DNA of 64,000 nt, taken from NCBI GenBank assembly GCA_024679065.1, contig JAGIQG010000014.1, positions 45,074,001 to 45,138,000 of the forward strand, written 5' to 3'. The notes under the pieces were generated by a model. It did no database searches. It worked only from the letters and a program-made list of their open reading frames with translations, and had not been told where the DNA came from. Position numbers and translations under genes: made by a program. This document shows, piece after piece, positions 1-12,750 of this stretch (within the stretch, counting starts at the first letter, position 1; the number at the start of each line of letters is the position of its first letter). The DNA is from Sphyrna mokarran. Taxonomy: Eukaryota.

Positions 1-1000
1 CAAGTGGAGGACTGCCTTTGTTAATTTAATAATTATTAGCACATTAGTGAAGGATGATATAAGCTCAGGAAACTAGGATGTAGAAGAGGTTTGAGTTGAG
101 ATGAGCAATTATAAAGGCAGGAACTCACTAGTGGGAGTGATGTGTAGGCCCCCTAATTGTAACTACAGTGAGTTAGTGTAAATGGGTTTTTACTTGATTG
201 GCAGCATATAATGAGTGTTGTGCTGCAGTGATCAGTGCCAGGGCCTCAACTTTTTACAATTTACATAAATGACTTGGATAAAGGGATTAAATATATTGTT
301 GCTAAATTTGCTGATGACACAAGGATAAGTAGGAAAGTAACTTGTGGAGAAGATGTAAGGTGACTTCAAAGAGACATAAATAGATTAGGTAAGTGGTCAA
401 AAATCTGGCATATTAAGTCTGACTGGGCATCATATCGACAGAGGAAAATGAAAAATAGGCTTATTACCTAAATGGCGAGAGATTGCAGAGCTCTGAAGTG
501 CAGAGGGATCTCGGTGTCCTCGGTCATGAATTACAAAAGGCAGAGCAAGTACAGAATTACAGGTACAGCAAGTAATTGGATGTTATCATTTATTGTGAGG
601 AGAACTGATTATGAAAGAAAGAAATTTATACTTCCGTTGTACAAAGCATTGGTGAGACCATATTTGAAGAATCACGCACACTATTAGTCTCTTTATTAAA
701 GAAAATTTAAGGTTAAGTTAAAGGACAGGATTATCATCTGGGACTATGGCAACTTTACTTTTACTATATTAATTCCAGGAATTGGTGGGTTGCTTTGAGG
801 AAAGGTTTGATAGGCTAAGCTCTTATCCACTGGAGTTTAGAAGAGTAAGAGTCAACTTGATCCTGAGGGGTATTGACAGAGTAGATGCGAAGAGGATATT
901 TCTTCTTGTTGGAGAATCTAGGATTAAACATCATTGTTTAAAAATAAATGCTCACTCATTTAAGACAGATGAGAAGTGCTCACAGCTAGAGGGTGCTATC
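1..1000 (+). mobile_element. Decayed CR1-clade LINE ORF2 fragments (endonuclease and RT pieces)
   Basis: KFADDT-encoding aaatttgctgatgacacaa at ~304; LPLYKALVRP and LEFRRVRxxLI..RGIDRVD motifs; many stops and frameshifts. Confidence 0.85.
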
Positions 1001-1699
1001 ATGCATTTCCAGATCTCTCTGTTCTATGGAAAGTGTACATAGAAGAGAGGGATCTGTCACTCTCCCAGGATGTTGTCCACCCCTGATCACTGGCCTCCCT
1101 GGCTGATTGCGTCCAACCCCCCCACCATCTGCCTTCCGTTAGGCCCTGTGCCCTTTCCTTAGGCTCTGTCCCATTGCATTGCCTGGTGGGTGGTGCCAGA
1201 TGGATAGTGCCAGATCTGGCAGTACAAAGTTGGCACTGCCCAGGAGCATTGCCTTCTCCACACAACCCGTTCCTGACCACTCGGGAGGCCTCCATGGCCT
1301 CTGGTCCTATCAGTGAGGCCATCATGTCAGGTCTTCATTGTGAAGGACAATTCCATCAAGAGCTCACTAATCATGTTAAAATTAAGAGTGCACCTTTCCG
1401 TTGTGTGAGGCTGATCAGACCGGAAATCCAGGACTGACCTCACGAGAGGTGAAACTGATTGACCGGTGGGCTGAATCAGTAAGATCACTTCTCTTGTTGT
1501 TTTATATGAATACGTTTAATTGCTCTTTCTGAAACAAATTTGCATGCGTGTTTGAAATGTATTGACTCATTTCTTGAAAGGACTTCTCTGCTCTTGCTCT
1601 GAACTTGCATTCTTCTTTAGTTTCATCCTGTCTCCACTTATGTCCTCTTCAAACTCATCTTGTTCAGAAGAGTCCCCAGTTTAGTTGATGTTGTTAATA

Positions 1700-3145
1700 A
1701 TTAGTTCTTTCCCTTGAGGTGTTGTTCCTCTCTTCTTTCATTTTGCTGTTATCACCCTCTTCAAAACAAATCCTTGACTTACTGCCCTAGCACTAAACTT
1801 CCTTTCCTCTTCAAATTTTTTGAATATGTTGCCACCCACCATGTTCATCTTTCCCAAAGCTCCATGTTTGATTCCCTCCAATCAGGTTTCTGTTCTTGCC
1901 ATTATACTGAAACGACTTTTACAAAGTCACCAATCACATCCTTGATGGCTATGTCAAAAATAAACTATCCTTCCTCGTTCTTCCTGATCTTTGATGTGGT
2001 TGACCACACCATCCTCCTCCAACACCTCTCCATTGTCACCAAGCTACATGAAATGCTCTCACATGGTTCTAGTATCTCTAATCGTAGCCAGAGTATTACT
2101 AGCGACAGCATCTCTTCCCATTCCCACACCGTTGCCTCTGGTATTTCCTGAGGATTTAATCCTGGCTGCTTCCTGTTTCTTGCCTACATGCTGCTACCTG
2201 GCAATATCACCGGGAAGTATAGCATTATTTTTCTCATATATTCTGTCCACACTCAGCTCTCCCTCAGCACTACGCCACTTGATTGCAGAATTATCAGATT
2301 GCTTACCCATTTATATATTGGGAAATCTGAAGCCATTATATTCTGTCCTCGCTCCAATCTCTGTTCCCTAGTTACTGATTTCATTCTTCTCCTAGGCAAC
2401 TGTTTGAGGCTAAACCAGACTGTCATATTTGACTCTAAGATGAGTTTCCAACAACATATCATCACCATCACTAAAACTACTTATTTCCACCTCTGTAACA
2501 TCACCTTCCTTCTTCTCTGCCTGAGCTTATCTGCTGCTGAAACCTTCATCCATGTCTTTCTTATTTCTAGATTTGACTATTTCAATGTAGTCCCGACTAG
2601 AATCCTATAGTCTACTATCTAAACTTCAGGTTAACCAAAAGTCAGGTGGCTGTCCTTGATTGTGCCAAATTCAGTTCACCCCAATATTTGCTGACTTATA
2701 TTGGCTCCCAGACAAATAACACTTGATTTTAAAACTCTTCACTTTTCAAATCCATTAATATCCTTGCTACTACCATTCTTTGTAAACTTCTCCACCCCAA
2801 CAACGCTCCGAGATAACTGCGCTCATCTAATTAAAAATTAAAGTTCATTTATTAGTATCACAAGTAAGCTTACATTAACACTGCAATGAACAAAAAAATC
2901 CCCTAGCCTCTGGCCTCTTGAAGATCCCTGATTTTAATTGCTCCATCATTGATAGCGAAGCTTTCAAATTCCTCCTCTGAACTCTGCTGACACTTTATCT
3001 ACTTTTTCTTTTAGGATGTTCCCCAAAATCTATCTCTTTGAACAAGTTTTGGCCACTTTCCTTAACGTTGCCTTATGTGATGCAGTTCTATCTTTGCTTT
3101 ATAATATCTGTGAAGAGTTTTGGAATGTTTTGTTTTTTACTATGT
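1700..3145 (+). mobile_element. Decayed L2-clade LINE (RT plus 3' region)
   Basis: SMFDSLQSGF..HYTET, FDVVDHTILL and ETFIHVFLISRFDY motifs across shifted frames; interrupted by a SINE tail at ~2840-2905. Confidence 0.85.
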
Positions 3146-3778
3146 GAAGTTGTTATTTCTTTTCTGAATGTGGGGTTTTGAAGCTCACTAATCAAAAATG
3201 CTCCCATGATTCCTGGTATCACATTCTGACATGTGACACTTTGGTTTCAACCTGTCTTGTTCCAATAAATAATCAATCAGACGCTGTCAGGGAGACATAG
3301 AACATTACAGTGCAGTACAGGCTCTCGATGTTGCGCTGACCAGTGGAACGAATCTAATGACCCTCTAACCTAAACTATTACAATGTTAGTTATATGCCTA
3401 TCCACTGACCATTTGAACACCCTTAAAAGTTGGCGAGTCCACAACTGCTGCATGCAGAGCGTTTCTTGCCCTTACTACCCTCTGAATAAAGAAAGAGATA
3501 AAAGATAAATAAAAGACGTTGCCATGCATTGTCCTCAGCAAATTAGCATGGAAAAAAATGATTACTTAGGGCAGGATTTCCCAAACATTTCCAGTCACGG
3601 AGCCTTTTTGTCCTCCCAAGAGAACTGATGGAACCCCTGAAAAACGTTATTCTTACGTTGAAGAGCTAAATCACAAAAAAAGTATTGCTTTGCGCAATAA
3701 GCAGAAACATACAAAAAATTGATAAAAATATTTTCTATTCCTTATGTCCACATTTATTATAATTTAACATTATTCTTG

Positions 3779-4046
3779 GGCAGTATGATGGCACAGCAGT
3801 AAGCACCGCTACCTCAAAGCTCCAGGGGCTTGGGTTCGTTTCCTGGTTTGGACCAATATATGTGTGAAGTCTGTCTGTTCTCCCTGTGTCTGTGTGGGTT
3901 TCCTCCAGGTGCTCTGGTTTCCTCCCCGTCTGAAAGATGCGCTGCTTAGATGCTAAATTCTCCCAGGTGCTGGAATGTGGCAACTAGGGGATATTCACAG
4001 TAACGTCACTGCAATATTAATGTAAGCTTATTTGTGACACTAATAA
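3779..4046 (+). mobile_element. tRNA-derived V-SINE-like element with ...gtaagcctacttgtgacactaataaa-type tail
   Basis: tRNA-like head (A/B boxes), V-domain gtgggtttcctccaggtgctctggtttcctccc; tail shared with copies at 5775, 7790 and 13550. Confidence 0.8.
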
Positions 4047-4139
4047 ATTTTAAACAAATACTTAAGTTTAGTTTTTTGCCATTTGTAACGGTAACAGTGA
4101 TGCTGCTTCTTTTGCTCACAAAATTTGTTTAACATTTGG

Positions 4140-4440
4140 AATGTTGCTTGGACACACATGCATGCATACACACATATACAAAGACCCACAACCAAAAGAA
4201 GCACAAGCACACACACATACATGCTCCCCCCACCTCATATACAAACATTCATTCCCACACCCATCCCTTTCTCTCATATACACAAATCCATCTCTTCCTC
4301 CCATCCACACTCACAAGTATCTCTCGCTCCACCCACACTACCATTTCCCTTTCCCCATCCACACTCCCTCTTCTCTCTCTTGCTCCCATCTGCATTCTCA
4401 TTTTTCTCTGTCTCTCTTGCTTCTGCTTCCCACTCCCTGC
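4140..4440. repeat. CA/CT-rich low-complexity tract
   Basis: Degenerate (CA)n then pyrimidine-rich sequence; explains the stacked spurious ORFs. Confidence 0.75.
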
Positions 4441-4719
4441 CTAGGCCTCCAAGTCGGCCACCCTTCTGCCTTGTGGCAGTGGCCTATCTTGCTCTACTAT
4501 CCGGTTGTCTTCACACTTGCCCTGAATTTGTTTCTGTCTGACTTTGCCTCTAATTCCAGCTCATCCAATCAGAGGCGGAGTTCTCAACACTTTCCCTGCT
4601 GATGGCACAGCCTATCAGTAGCCAACACAGTGTGAAAATCACTTTTGATTGGGCAAGCTCATTTATAAAACAGAATAAAACTATTGAGAGTGATTAGCTG
4701 AAGAAAACACCTAGAAATG

Positions 4720-5113
4720 AGCTTTATTCAAATTGAAAAGGTGTAATTAATATATTTTCTGCCATTTAATTATTCATGAATGATTGACTGTTTATAACAT
4801 GTCTGATAGAACACAGAACGTTACAGCATAAACAGGCCCATCAGCCCACAAATTGCACCGATCATATCCATACCTATCAAGCCATAGTTCTATCTATAAC
4901 TCCAATCCCATTAAATCCCATATACTCATCCAGAAGTCTTTTAAAAGACTCCAGCAAGTTCACCTCCACCACCACCGACGGCAGCCGATTCCATTCACTC
5001 ACCACCCTCTGAGTGAAAAAATTACTCCTAACATCTCCTCTGTACTTGCTGCCCAGCAGCTTAATCCTGTGTCCTCTCATGGCGACCATTTCAGCCCTGG
5101 GAAATAACTCCGA
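4720..5113 (-). mobile_element. 5'-truncated CR1 3' end with extended tail, bounded by a 28-bp direct repeat
   Basis: Minus-strand MRGHRIKLLGSKYRGDVRSNFFTQRVVSEWNRLP; direct repeat gattagctgaagaaaac..aaatg at 4692-4719 and 5114-5141. Confidence 0.85.
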
Positions 5114-5774
5114 GATTAGCTGAAGAAAACGCTTAAAAATGTATCACCATCCTGGTCGCTATAATAACATTCTTGATTGCAATGTTTTCTCCAGACTGAT
5201 GTAATGTTCTCCATAGCATCTCCTGCAGATGCACTACACAACTGGACTGTGAAAGAGCAGTGTTGTTCCTCTCCGCTTTCCTTTGGATATTAACTTTGAT
5301 GCTAATTCACTTTTAAAGGTGACTAGCCATACTTGTAGAGCTGCTGGAACGGGATATTCCATCCCCTAATACTTGTGTGCTCCCAGTGAATCAAGTGTGG
5401 TGTACTGAGACTATTTCAATGAGTTGACCTCACATTATAACTAAAGGTGTATCCAGCACCCAGGAGTCTGGAACGGCAATATTCTTCTCTGTAGTAATAG
5501 AACTCGATTCATAAAATTACATCTTTTAATGAAATGATTCTTTTCTAACTGGGAGTAATAGGAAAAGATATATATGATACTATCCAATTCACTCTTTAAC
5601 ACTTCCAGACTTATTTTTTTCAAGTAAGTGGAATAGAATTGTCCTTTTTTTTTATAAAATCCAGTATCTAATCTCCAATATGTTTCAAAAGGAGCTGAGT
5701 GCAAGTATCTTGATTTCCAATAAACTTTAATCCATCATCATGAATTGTGGAATGTAACAAGCTTTTTTTTAATT

Positions 5775-6040
5775 TTATTGGTGCCACAAGTAGGCAACAC
5801 TGCAATGAAGCCATTTTGAAAATCCCCTAGTCGCCACACTCCAGCGCCTGTTTGGGTACGCTGAGTGAAGATTTAGCATGGCCAATGAACTTAACCAGCA
5901 CGTCTTTTGGGCTATGGAAGGAAATTGGAGCATCCAAAGGAAATCTGTGCAGATGTAGGGAAAATGTGCGGACACCTAACTGGGAATCGAGCCCCCGGGT
6001 CCCTGGCACTGTGAGACAGCAGTGCCACTGTGCTGACCTT
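5775..6040 (-). mobile_element. V-SINE-like element (same family as 3779)
   Basis: Reverse complement of the tail (acaagtaggc..aacactgcaatgaag) and the tRNA head (gaatcgagcccccgggtccctggcactgtgag). Confidence 0.8.
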
Positions 6041-6229
6041 TTGTTGATGGAATCAATATTTTTTTACATAGACATGTGGATTTTGTAAATCATTTTCCTA
6101 TGTATCAATATATTCACAACTATAAATTTTATAAAATGTTTCTTGTGTTCAGAAGAGTAAATCATTAGAGTTAATCATTTAAATAAAGGTTTAAAATGTC
6201 ACTAAATGTTATTCTTTTTGTGATAACAG

Positions 6230-6727
6230 GTTGGTATTTGAAGATATGATGCCTGATGGTGCAACTGTAGAAAAAGAACAAGTCCAATTGAAAGACAGTC
6301 GAGATGGATTCAGCTCTACATTTGAAAGAATTGTGGAATCTGATCTTATGAAAGGAACTTCATACAGTAGCCTGGATTCTTTGGATGTATTGTCACTGAC
6401 TGATGAGACAGACAGTTGTATCAGTTTTGAAGCCCCACTCACACCACTGATTCAGCAACGAATTAAGGAAACCCCTGAACTGTTACAGCAGAAACTGGTT
6501 CAGGTTGCTGAGCAGCGAGAAATCCTGGAAGCTAGAGGTAGCGATTACCAGGAATGTCATTCTAAGATGAATGAGGGAAATGTTGAAAGTCCACTGAGAC
6601 ACTCACTCACGAGCAGCAGGTCCGAGAATGTGCTAAGCAGGTCCTCTTTGAAGTCCATGCCAAATGGTTTGCACAACGAGAGAGAAGAACTAGAAGATGA
6701 CATCAACAAGATAGTTAACTCCATTAG
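6230..6727 (+). CDS. psd2: PSD/EFA6 ARF6-GEF (PSD2-like) coding exon A, N-terminal region, 498 nt, phase 2-2
   Basis: Acceptor ...tgataacAG at 6228-6229, donor GTAAAT at 6728. Translates LVFEDMMPDG...DGFSSTFERIVESDLMKGTSYSSLDSLDVLSLTDETDSCISFEAPLTPLIQQR..., matching the conserved GTxYSSLDSLDxLSLTDExDSCxSFEAPLTPLIQQR block I recall from PSD2. Splices in frame to 25615 (AG+C=Ser). Confidence 0.88.
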
Positions 6728-7151
6728 GTAAATAGGTTAAGTAAAAGTAGTTTCAGTGTAAATTAATTTTGTGTTGAACATTTTAAATGTATATTAACAA
6801 AAAAAATTGATCTACTTTAACAATGAGAATTTTTCACTTTGGTCCTAGCACGTAAAAATTTAATTATTAGGAAATTGTTCTCCGAGGCTATGAATTCCTT
6901 TTGAGTAATTTTAATGCAGAATGCAAGGCTAGGCGTTCCTAAAATAATTCCTAGCTCAAAACCGTTAACACTCAGTAGTGGTGGGGAAGATTTTGGGTAT
7001 GATTTTGAAGGAGCGGAGTAATCTAGCAAAGGGGGGGGCGTGAGAAAATTATTCCTGACCATGTAGCTAAGAAAATTAAAAGCTGTATGGCTGGAGTTGC
7101 AGCAGAGGATGTGAAGGCAAGTCCAGCATCAGAAGAGAAGAGTTGTGTTTA

Positions 7152-7518
7152 ATTCATTCATTCATGAGATGTGGGCATCTCTGGCTGGGCTAACATTTAT
7201 TGCCCATCCCTAATTGCCCTGAACTAAGTGGTTTGCTAGGCCATTTCAGAAAGAAGAGTGAATCATGGAGTCACGTGTAGGCCAGACCAGGTAAGGACAG
7301 CAGATCTCCTTGCATAAAGGACATTAATGAATCAGATAGGGTTTTACAACAGTTGATAGTGGTTTCACGGTCTTCAATAGACTTTTAATTTCAGATTTTT
7401 ATTGAATTCAAATTTCAACGTCTGCCATGATGAGATTCGAACCTGGGTCCCCAGAACATTATCTTGGGTCTCTGGATCGCTAGCCCAGTGATGATACCAT
7501 TCTACTATTGCCTTCCCA
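7152..7518 (-). mobile_element. DeuSINE / SacSINE1-like element
   Basis: Reverse Deu-domain ggagtcacgtgtaggccagaccaggtaaggacagcagat; tRNA B-box gagattcgaacc; (ATTC)n end. Confidence 0.75.
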
Positions 7519-8440
7519 TAGGAGCACAAGGCTGAAGAAAGTTGCAGACATAGGATGGGTGAGACAATGAATGATTTATTGATGGGGCAATGATTTTGAA
7601 ATCAGTGTTTCAGAGGATAAAGAACTGATGTGATTGATGAAGATAAGGTTATTAGGATTGTGAGAATTCATATGGGATATAATATGACAGAAGAATTAGA
7701 AAAGGTGGGGGGGAGTGGTGTGCGATTCTCCCAAAAAATTCAAAGTGTTGAATTTGTGTAAAAACTGGAGTAAGACATAGCACATTGGCCCTGCTAAATT
7801 TTCTGAATAGGTGCCAGAGCATGGTGACTCAGGGTTTTCACAGTAACTTCATTGGTGTTAATGTAAGCCTACTTGTGACACTAATAAATAAACTTAAAAC
7901 ACCTCCAGGTCTTTCCAACAATCTCTTGGAGATGTGAAGGATCTCTCAGTCTGTGGCCCATCTGTGCAACAAGGAGGTGGTCAATGTCATGATCAAGAGG
8001 TCAGCAACTATGTGCACAACTACATCGATCAAGACAGTCAGGAGCAATATAACTTAAAGCTCATTTACTGAGTAAAGGAGTAATCTTGAGTCAGTCTTTT
8101 CTGAATGTGGGTTTATTCACAAAATCAGGAAAACCCTGCCATAGTGTCCCTTTTCTTTCCATGCACCACCCCCAGTGGAAACCAAATCTTATATATAATT
8201 AAGAATAATGCCCTAATCTTTCATGAGTTAGTAACATCTGTTCTCACTTATAACTAGAACATGCACTTCATTCTAATAAGATTGCAACAATAACAAAGAG
8301 GACATTCCTTGGACTCAGAGCCGTCATTGGCTCCTCTGAGTGTAGGGTATGATTGATTGTGTGTATGTGACCATAAAAACACTCACGTTCAAAAGAAAGG
8401 GTTTCCATTTGCTCGATGGTCAATTGATGTGCAACTACTA

Positions 8441-9500
8441 GCCCTTATAGGAAGGGGTATAGAGTACAAGAGCTGGCCTTTAATGTTGCAGTTGTATAAA
8501 ACGTTGGTTGGACCTCATTTGGAATACTGCGTCCAGTTCTGGTCGCCTTACTACTGGAAGGATGTGGAGACTCCGGAGAGAGTGCAGAGGAGGTTTACCA
8601 GGATGTTGCCTGGTATGGAAGTTCTGAGTTACGAGGAGAGGTTAGGCAAATTGGGACTGTTTTCCTTAGAAAGATGTAGACTTAGAGGAGATCTAATAGA
8701 AGTGTACAAGATTATGAAGGGTATAGATAGAGTAAACAGGGTTAAGTTTTTTCCTAGGATGGACTCAAATAGCACGAGGAGTCACGGGCTTAGGGTGAGG
8801 GGGGTAAGGTATAATTTGGATGCTAAAGGGAGTTTTTCATACAGAGGGTGGTGGGGGTATGGAATGCGCTACCAAGTAAAGTGGTGGAGGCAGGTACTCT
8901 GGAGTTATTTAAGAAATACATAGATGGGCACATGAACAGAATGGGAATGGAGGGGTATAGAAAACTGATTTAAAATAGGGATCATGAGCCTTGGGAGTCC
9001 GTGGGAAGTGTGTAAATAGTCAATGATATTGATGTACTTGTTTTTATCCTACAGGTGCTTTGGTCCACCTTGTTGTCTTATAAGGGACATACACGCGTTG
9101 GGTCGTGAGAGGGCTGCTCTTGGATTTTTTTTGAGAGTATCCTAGTGCTTCATGTCGTTAGTGTACGCTTAACCTGGACCATTTGATGGGCAACACGACA
9201 GTTCAGTGACTATCGCTGTGCTGTGCAGATACATGGGTTTGGGCCTGTGTCTGTGGGAGTTTGCGCATTCTCCCCATGCTTGTGTGGGTTTTCTCCAGGT
9301 GCTCCGGTTTCTTCCCACATCCCAAAGATGTGGCTAATCTAATTGGCAAAACAAATTCTCCCTAAATTGTCTCAAATTTGGTTTTTAATCCATAGATCTA
9401 TAAACATAGACAGGGATTATGGGTAGAGGTGGGAACATCAGGGTGGCGGCACGGGCTCGTTGGGCCAAAGGGCCTGTTTCCAGTGCTTTTTGTTCTTTGT
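8441..9500 (+). mobile_element. CR1 3' end fused to an internal V-SINE segment (composite, copy A)
   Basis: Open CR1 ORF2 C-terminus LQLYKTLVGPHLEYCVQFWSPY..., a unique spacer, V-domain at ~9185-9345, and a GTTCTTT tail. Confidence 0.85.
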
Positions 9501-9559
9501 ACCAGATGTGGATCTTTAAGATGGTTATCCTTTTCCCAGAAAGTAGCCAAGTTGCCTAT

Positions 9560-9950
9560 GTATTTCAACAGTGCAGGTACCACAACTTTTCTGGAACCTT
9601 TGTGCCCTCTGAGATGGATATGCCTCATGCCTGTGAGGAATCTATGCTCACACGCAGAGAAGAGGCCAATACCTGCCATGGATCCACCTTCAAGCAGACT
9701 ATTCAGCTTCTAAAGCTGTGATTCAGGGCTGAGATCAATTTAATGGAGCTCTTCAGTATGGCCTACTGTGAATCATGGTGGTCTGCTGGGAGGTGTTGAA
9801 TAATGAGAACCATGTTGATTGTGATGCATCCTCAAATGATGAGGATCTGGAAGAAAGTGCTAATTAGGCATTGTAAGATGAATGACACCTGGACCACAGG
9901 CAAGGTTCAATGAGATATGCACAAGGAAAGCTCAGGACATCCAAATACAT
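9560..9950 (+). mobile_element. PIF/Harbinger transposase remnant (C-terminal part)
   Basis: Frames give W.CLMPVRN..AEKR, H.ST..QTIQLLKL and ggagctcttcagtat (GALQY), resembling HARBI1-like WLMTP..AERRYN..H..TR..IEQTIGLLK.RF..GGALQY. Confidence 0.6.
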
Positions 9951-10351
9951 AGCTGTTTCTTGTCATTCTTATGCATTTTCAGATATTGAAAAGTGTGTGG
10001 AGAATGCACCTTAGCAGACAGAAGGATGTCATTAGTATGCCTAATACAGCATGACACAAGATCAAAGTTCTAGGTCTAACTGATAATTGCTGACTTCCTC
10101 CTTGATGTTTGGTTAGGTCTCCTTTGCCTATCCCTGGAGGAAGACATCCTGCTTTGTTTTTGTGGTGAAAGGGAATCTGCAGGGAGGCATTGTTAAACGA
10201 TTGCCCACTGGGTGTCCAGCTTCTATTATTCTTACTGCAGGCATTCTTCAGCTCCTTGGCAGAAGGCAGCAGTCAGAGAGAGCTCTATTGTTTGAAAGTA
10301 GCATTGGACAGAAAACTGATTGATAGCGGAAACTTCCTGTCAGAGGCAGCA

Positions 10352-11060
10352 GTAAGAACTCAGTAAGAATTTAGCAACACCAATTATTAATCCAACCGAT
10401 TTATTTGATAGTAAAATAGCGAGCTTTCAACACTCCCGTGTCTTCATCAGGCAAGTGCAGTGTTCTGGTCTGCAATAGCACACATCAGCACAGACAGTCA
10501 GAGATTGCTGATTAGAATGCGAATCCTTACATCTAACCTGCTATTCAAGTGTTAAAGTGGCTAACAATGTGTGTGAAGGGGATCCTGAGCATGTTAGAGA
10601 GTGTGTATTTTCTCCAGACAGCACAGTAAGTGAGGTTTTTTGCTAACCAGGCAAGTTACGGGGGTACAGATAGGGGATCTTGGCTTCATGACACACTATC
10701 TGTAACCCCCGTAACTTGCCTGGGTTAGCAAAAAACCTCACTTACTGTGCTGTCTGGAGAAAATACACAATCTCTAACAATGCTCAGGATCCCCTTCACA
10801 CACATTGTTAGCCACTTTAACACTTGAATAGCAGGTTAGATGTAAGGATTCGCATTCTAATCAGCAATCTCTGACTGTCTGTGCTGATGTGTGCTATTGC
10901 AGACCAGAACACTGCACTTGCCTGATGAAGACACGGGAGTGTTGAAAGCTCGCTATTTTACTATCAAATAAATCGGTTGGATTAATAATTGGTGTTGCTA
11001 AATTCTTACTGAGTTCTTACCACTCCAATCCAACTCCGGCATCTTTACATCATGACTACT
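10352..11060 (+). mobile_element. Penelope-like element (PLE): 5'-truncated 3' end, inverted pseudo-LTR and 40-nt tail
   Basis: Arms 10352-10673 and 10696-11020 are near-perfect reverse complements. 10676-10705 reads DLGFMTHYL*, like the GLNRDLGFMxHY end of PLE GIY-YIG ORFs. Flanking 14-bp direct repeat agaggcagcagtaa at 10342-10355 and 11061-11074. Confidence 0.88.
10915..10956 (+). ncRNA. Minimal type-I hammerhead ribozyme motif of the PLE pseudo-LTR (mirror copy on - strand at ~10416-10457)
   Basis: CTGATGA (10922-10928), stem II GACAC-GGGA-GTGTT, GAAA (10944-10947), palindromic AGCT, and CUC triplet ending at 10951. Confidence 0.7.
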
Positions 11061-11779
11061 AGAGGCAGCAGTAACAGAGGCTATTTCAGACTGGTTTGAG
11101 GAAGCTGCAAGCAGGGTGGATGTTACATTTTAAAATGATTGCACGTTGCTTTAAGAACTGATCATATGATTTAAAGGTGATGTCATTAGGATGTTGCCAC
11201 AGGCTGCTGTTTTACTTTCAGTTTTTTCTTAGGTGCAGTTCAGAAAACACCCCCAAGAATAAAGCTGTTACACGTGCAAATTACATCTTTTTTAAAATGT
11301 AAAACCCATAATCTCTAACATGGTTAAGGTAGTACAGAGAGAAAAAAAAATTAGTGGTGAGTCAGGATTTTATTTCATCGAGCAAAAATCCTAAGTAGAA
11401 AGGAAACAATTATCGTGGGTCTTCACACTTTGAATTATAGAGGACTGGGGAGAATCAAAAACAAGATTGAAAATTAAAGTGCAGGAAGACAAGATGTGGT
11501 TTTAAAATAAGTTTTTTTTTCTCCCTGATCAGAGAAGAGTGAGATTCTAAGTAGTATCTGCAATATTTTAAAAAAGTGAGACTGCTGTCATTTTAAAAAA
11601 ATGTCAAGTCGATGGTTTCAAGGTGAAAAGAAGGATACTTGGAAGACAGTTTTAAATAAAGTACTGAGCAGTCTTGAGCTGCTAACGCATGCCATTGAAA
11701 TGACAGGTCAATTGCGACCCATGCGCCCCTAAATTAAGAAAATAAATCATTGGAGTTCCTGTGCTGAATGTTTTCAGTG

Positions 11780-12750
11780 CTTTGTACAAGTGAATAGAAT
11801 TGAAAACAAGTTGCTCATACCTGTTTTTCTCAGTACAGTCGGAAGTAAAATTCACTCCAGAACTTGGTTCATCCAACAAAGCCAGGAACAAATATTTACA
11901 ATGACTTGATAAAGATCCTTGAAGAGCATACTTTCCAAAGCCAATGATCATTGCCGAAACAGCTCAGGTTCTACTGAAGGAAGTAAGTGAAGGCGAAAGC
12001 ATTGCTTCATTTGTGGCAATGTTAAAAAGGCTGGCATAACACTGAGTTTGGGGAGTCATTCAAAGATTCTCTTCCAGATTGTCTAGTTTGTGGTTTCCAA
12101 ACTGAGGCTACCCAAAGAAGATTGCTTACTGAACAAGCTTTGACTTTAAAAACAGCAGTAGAAATTGCACTGTAGTTGGAACTGGCTGCTAAAAAGACTT
12201 TGCAGGAATGAGGATCTACAAGTTGGAAACTACCATAAGTAGTCAAAATAGCAACAAGCATGTCACAGATGTACAAAAATGGGCCATTCAGTGTGTGAAT
12301 ACTGGACCAAAGATAGTTAATGCAAGAATTATGGCAACATGTGTCACATTGCAAAAGCTTGTTAGGCTAGACCAACTTCCCCTGAGAAGAATATACCGAA
12401 GGAGAATTTAGATACCTTCAAAAAGAAGAAAAAGTTCTAATTCTACAAAAAGAATTTGCAGTATGGCAGAAAGGAATTGCGACCCTGAAGAATAATATGT
12501 CCAGAAATATGACGAAGAATTCCAACTAAGCATCTTATCCAGACAGGTGAATCACATGACTTCTGAATCACCCAGAATCTAAATGGGCACCCTACTAGGA
12601 TGGAGGTTGATGCTGATGCTGGTGTACTTTAATTCCTGAGACAACATACTGACAAAAGCTGAAACATTTTCTTTTAAAATCAGCTGATGTGATTTTAAGG
12701 ACATACACAAAAGAGATTGCGCCATTAAAAGTTTCCAAGTTGGCAGTTTA
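11780..12750 (+). mobile_element. Decayed Ty3/Gypsy gag-protease remnant
   Basis: Broken frames read YFPKPMIIAE..ESIASFVAMLKRLA..EFGESFKDSLPDCLVCG..EATQRRLLTEQALTLKTAVEIA, then a protease-like NGH...MEVD near 12580-12620. Confidence 0.7.

Noticed and set aside
3779-3850. tRNA-like sequences here and at 13549, 24740, 44543 and 50270
   Set aside because: These are SINE heads continuing into SINE bodies, with no intact cloverleaf.
4040-4602. Five overlapping ORFs of 60-153 aa
   Set aside because: They arise from CA/CT low-complexity sequence depleted of stop codons.
8357-8923. 188-aa ORF, also 26787-27233 and 36085-36396
   Set aside because: C-terminal fragments of CR1 ORF2 in 5'-truncated copies, not host genes.
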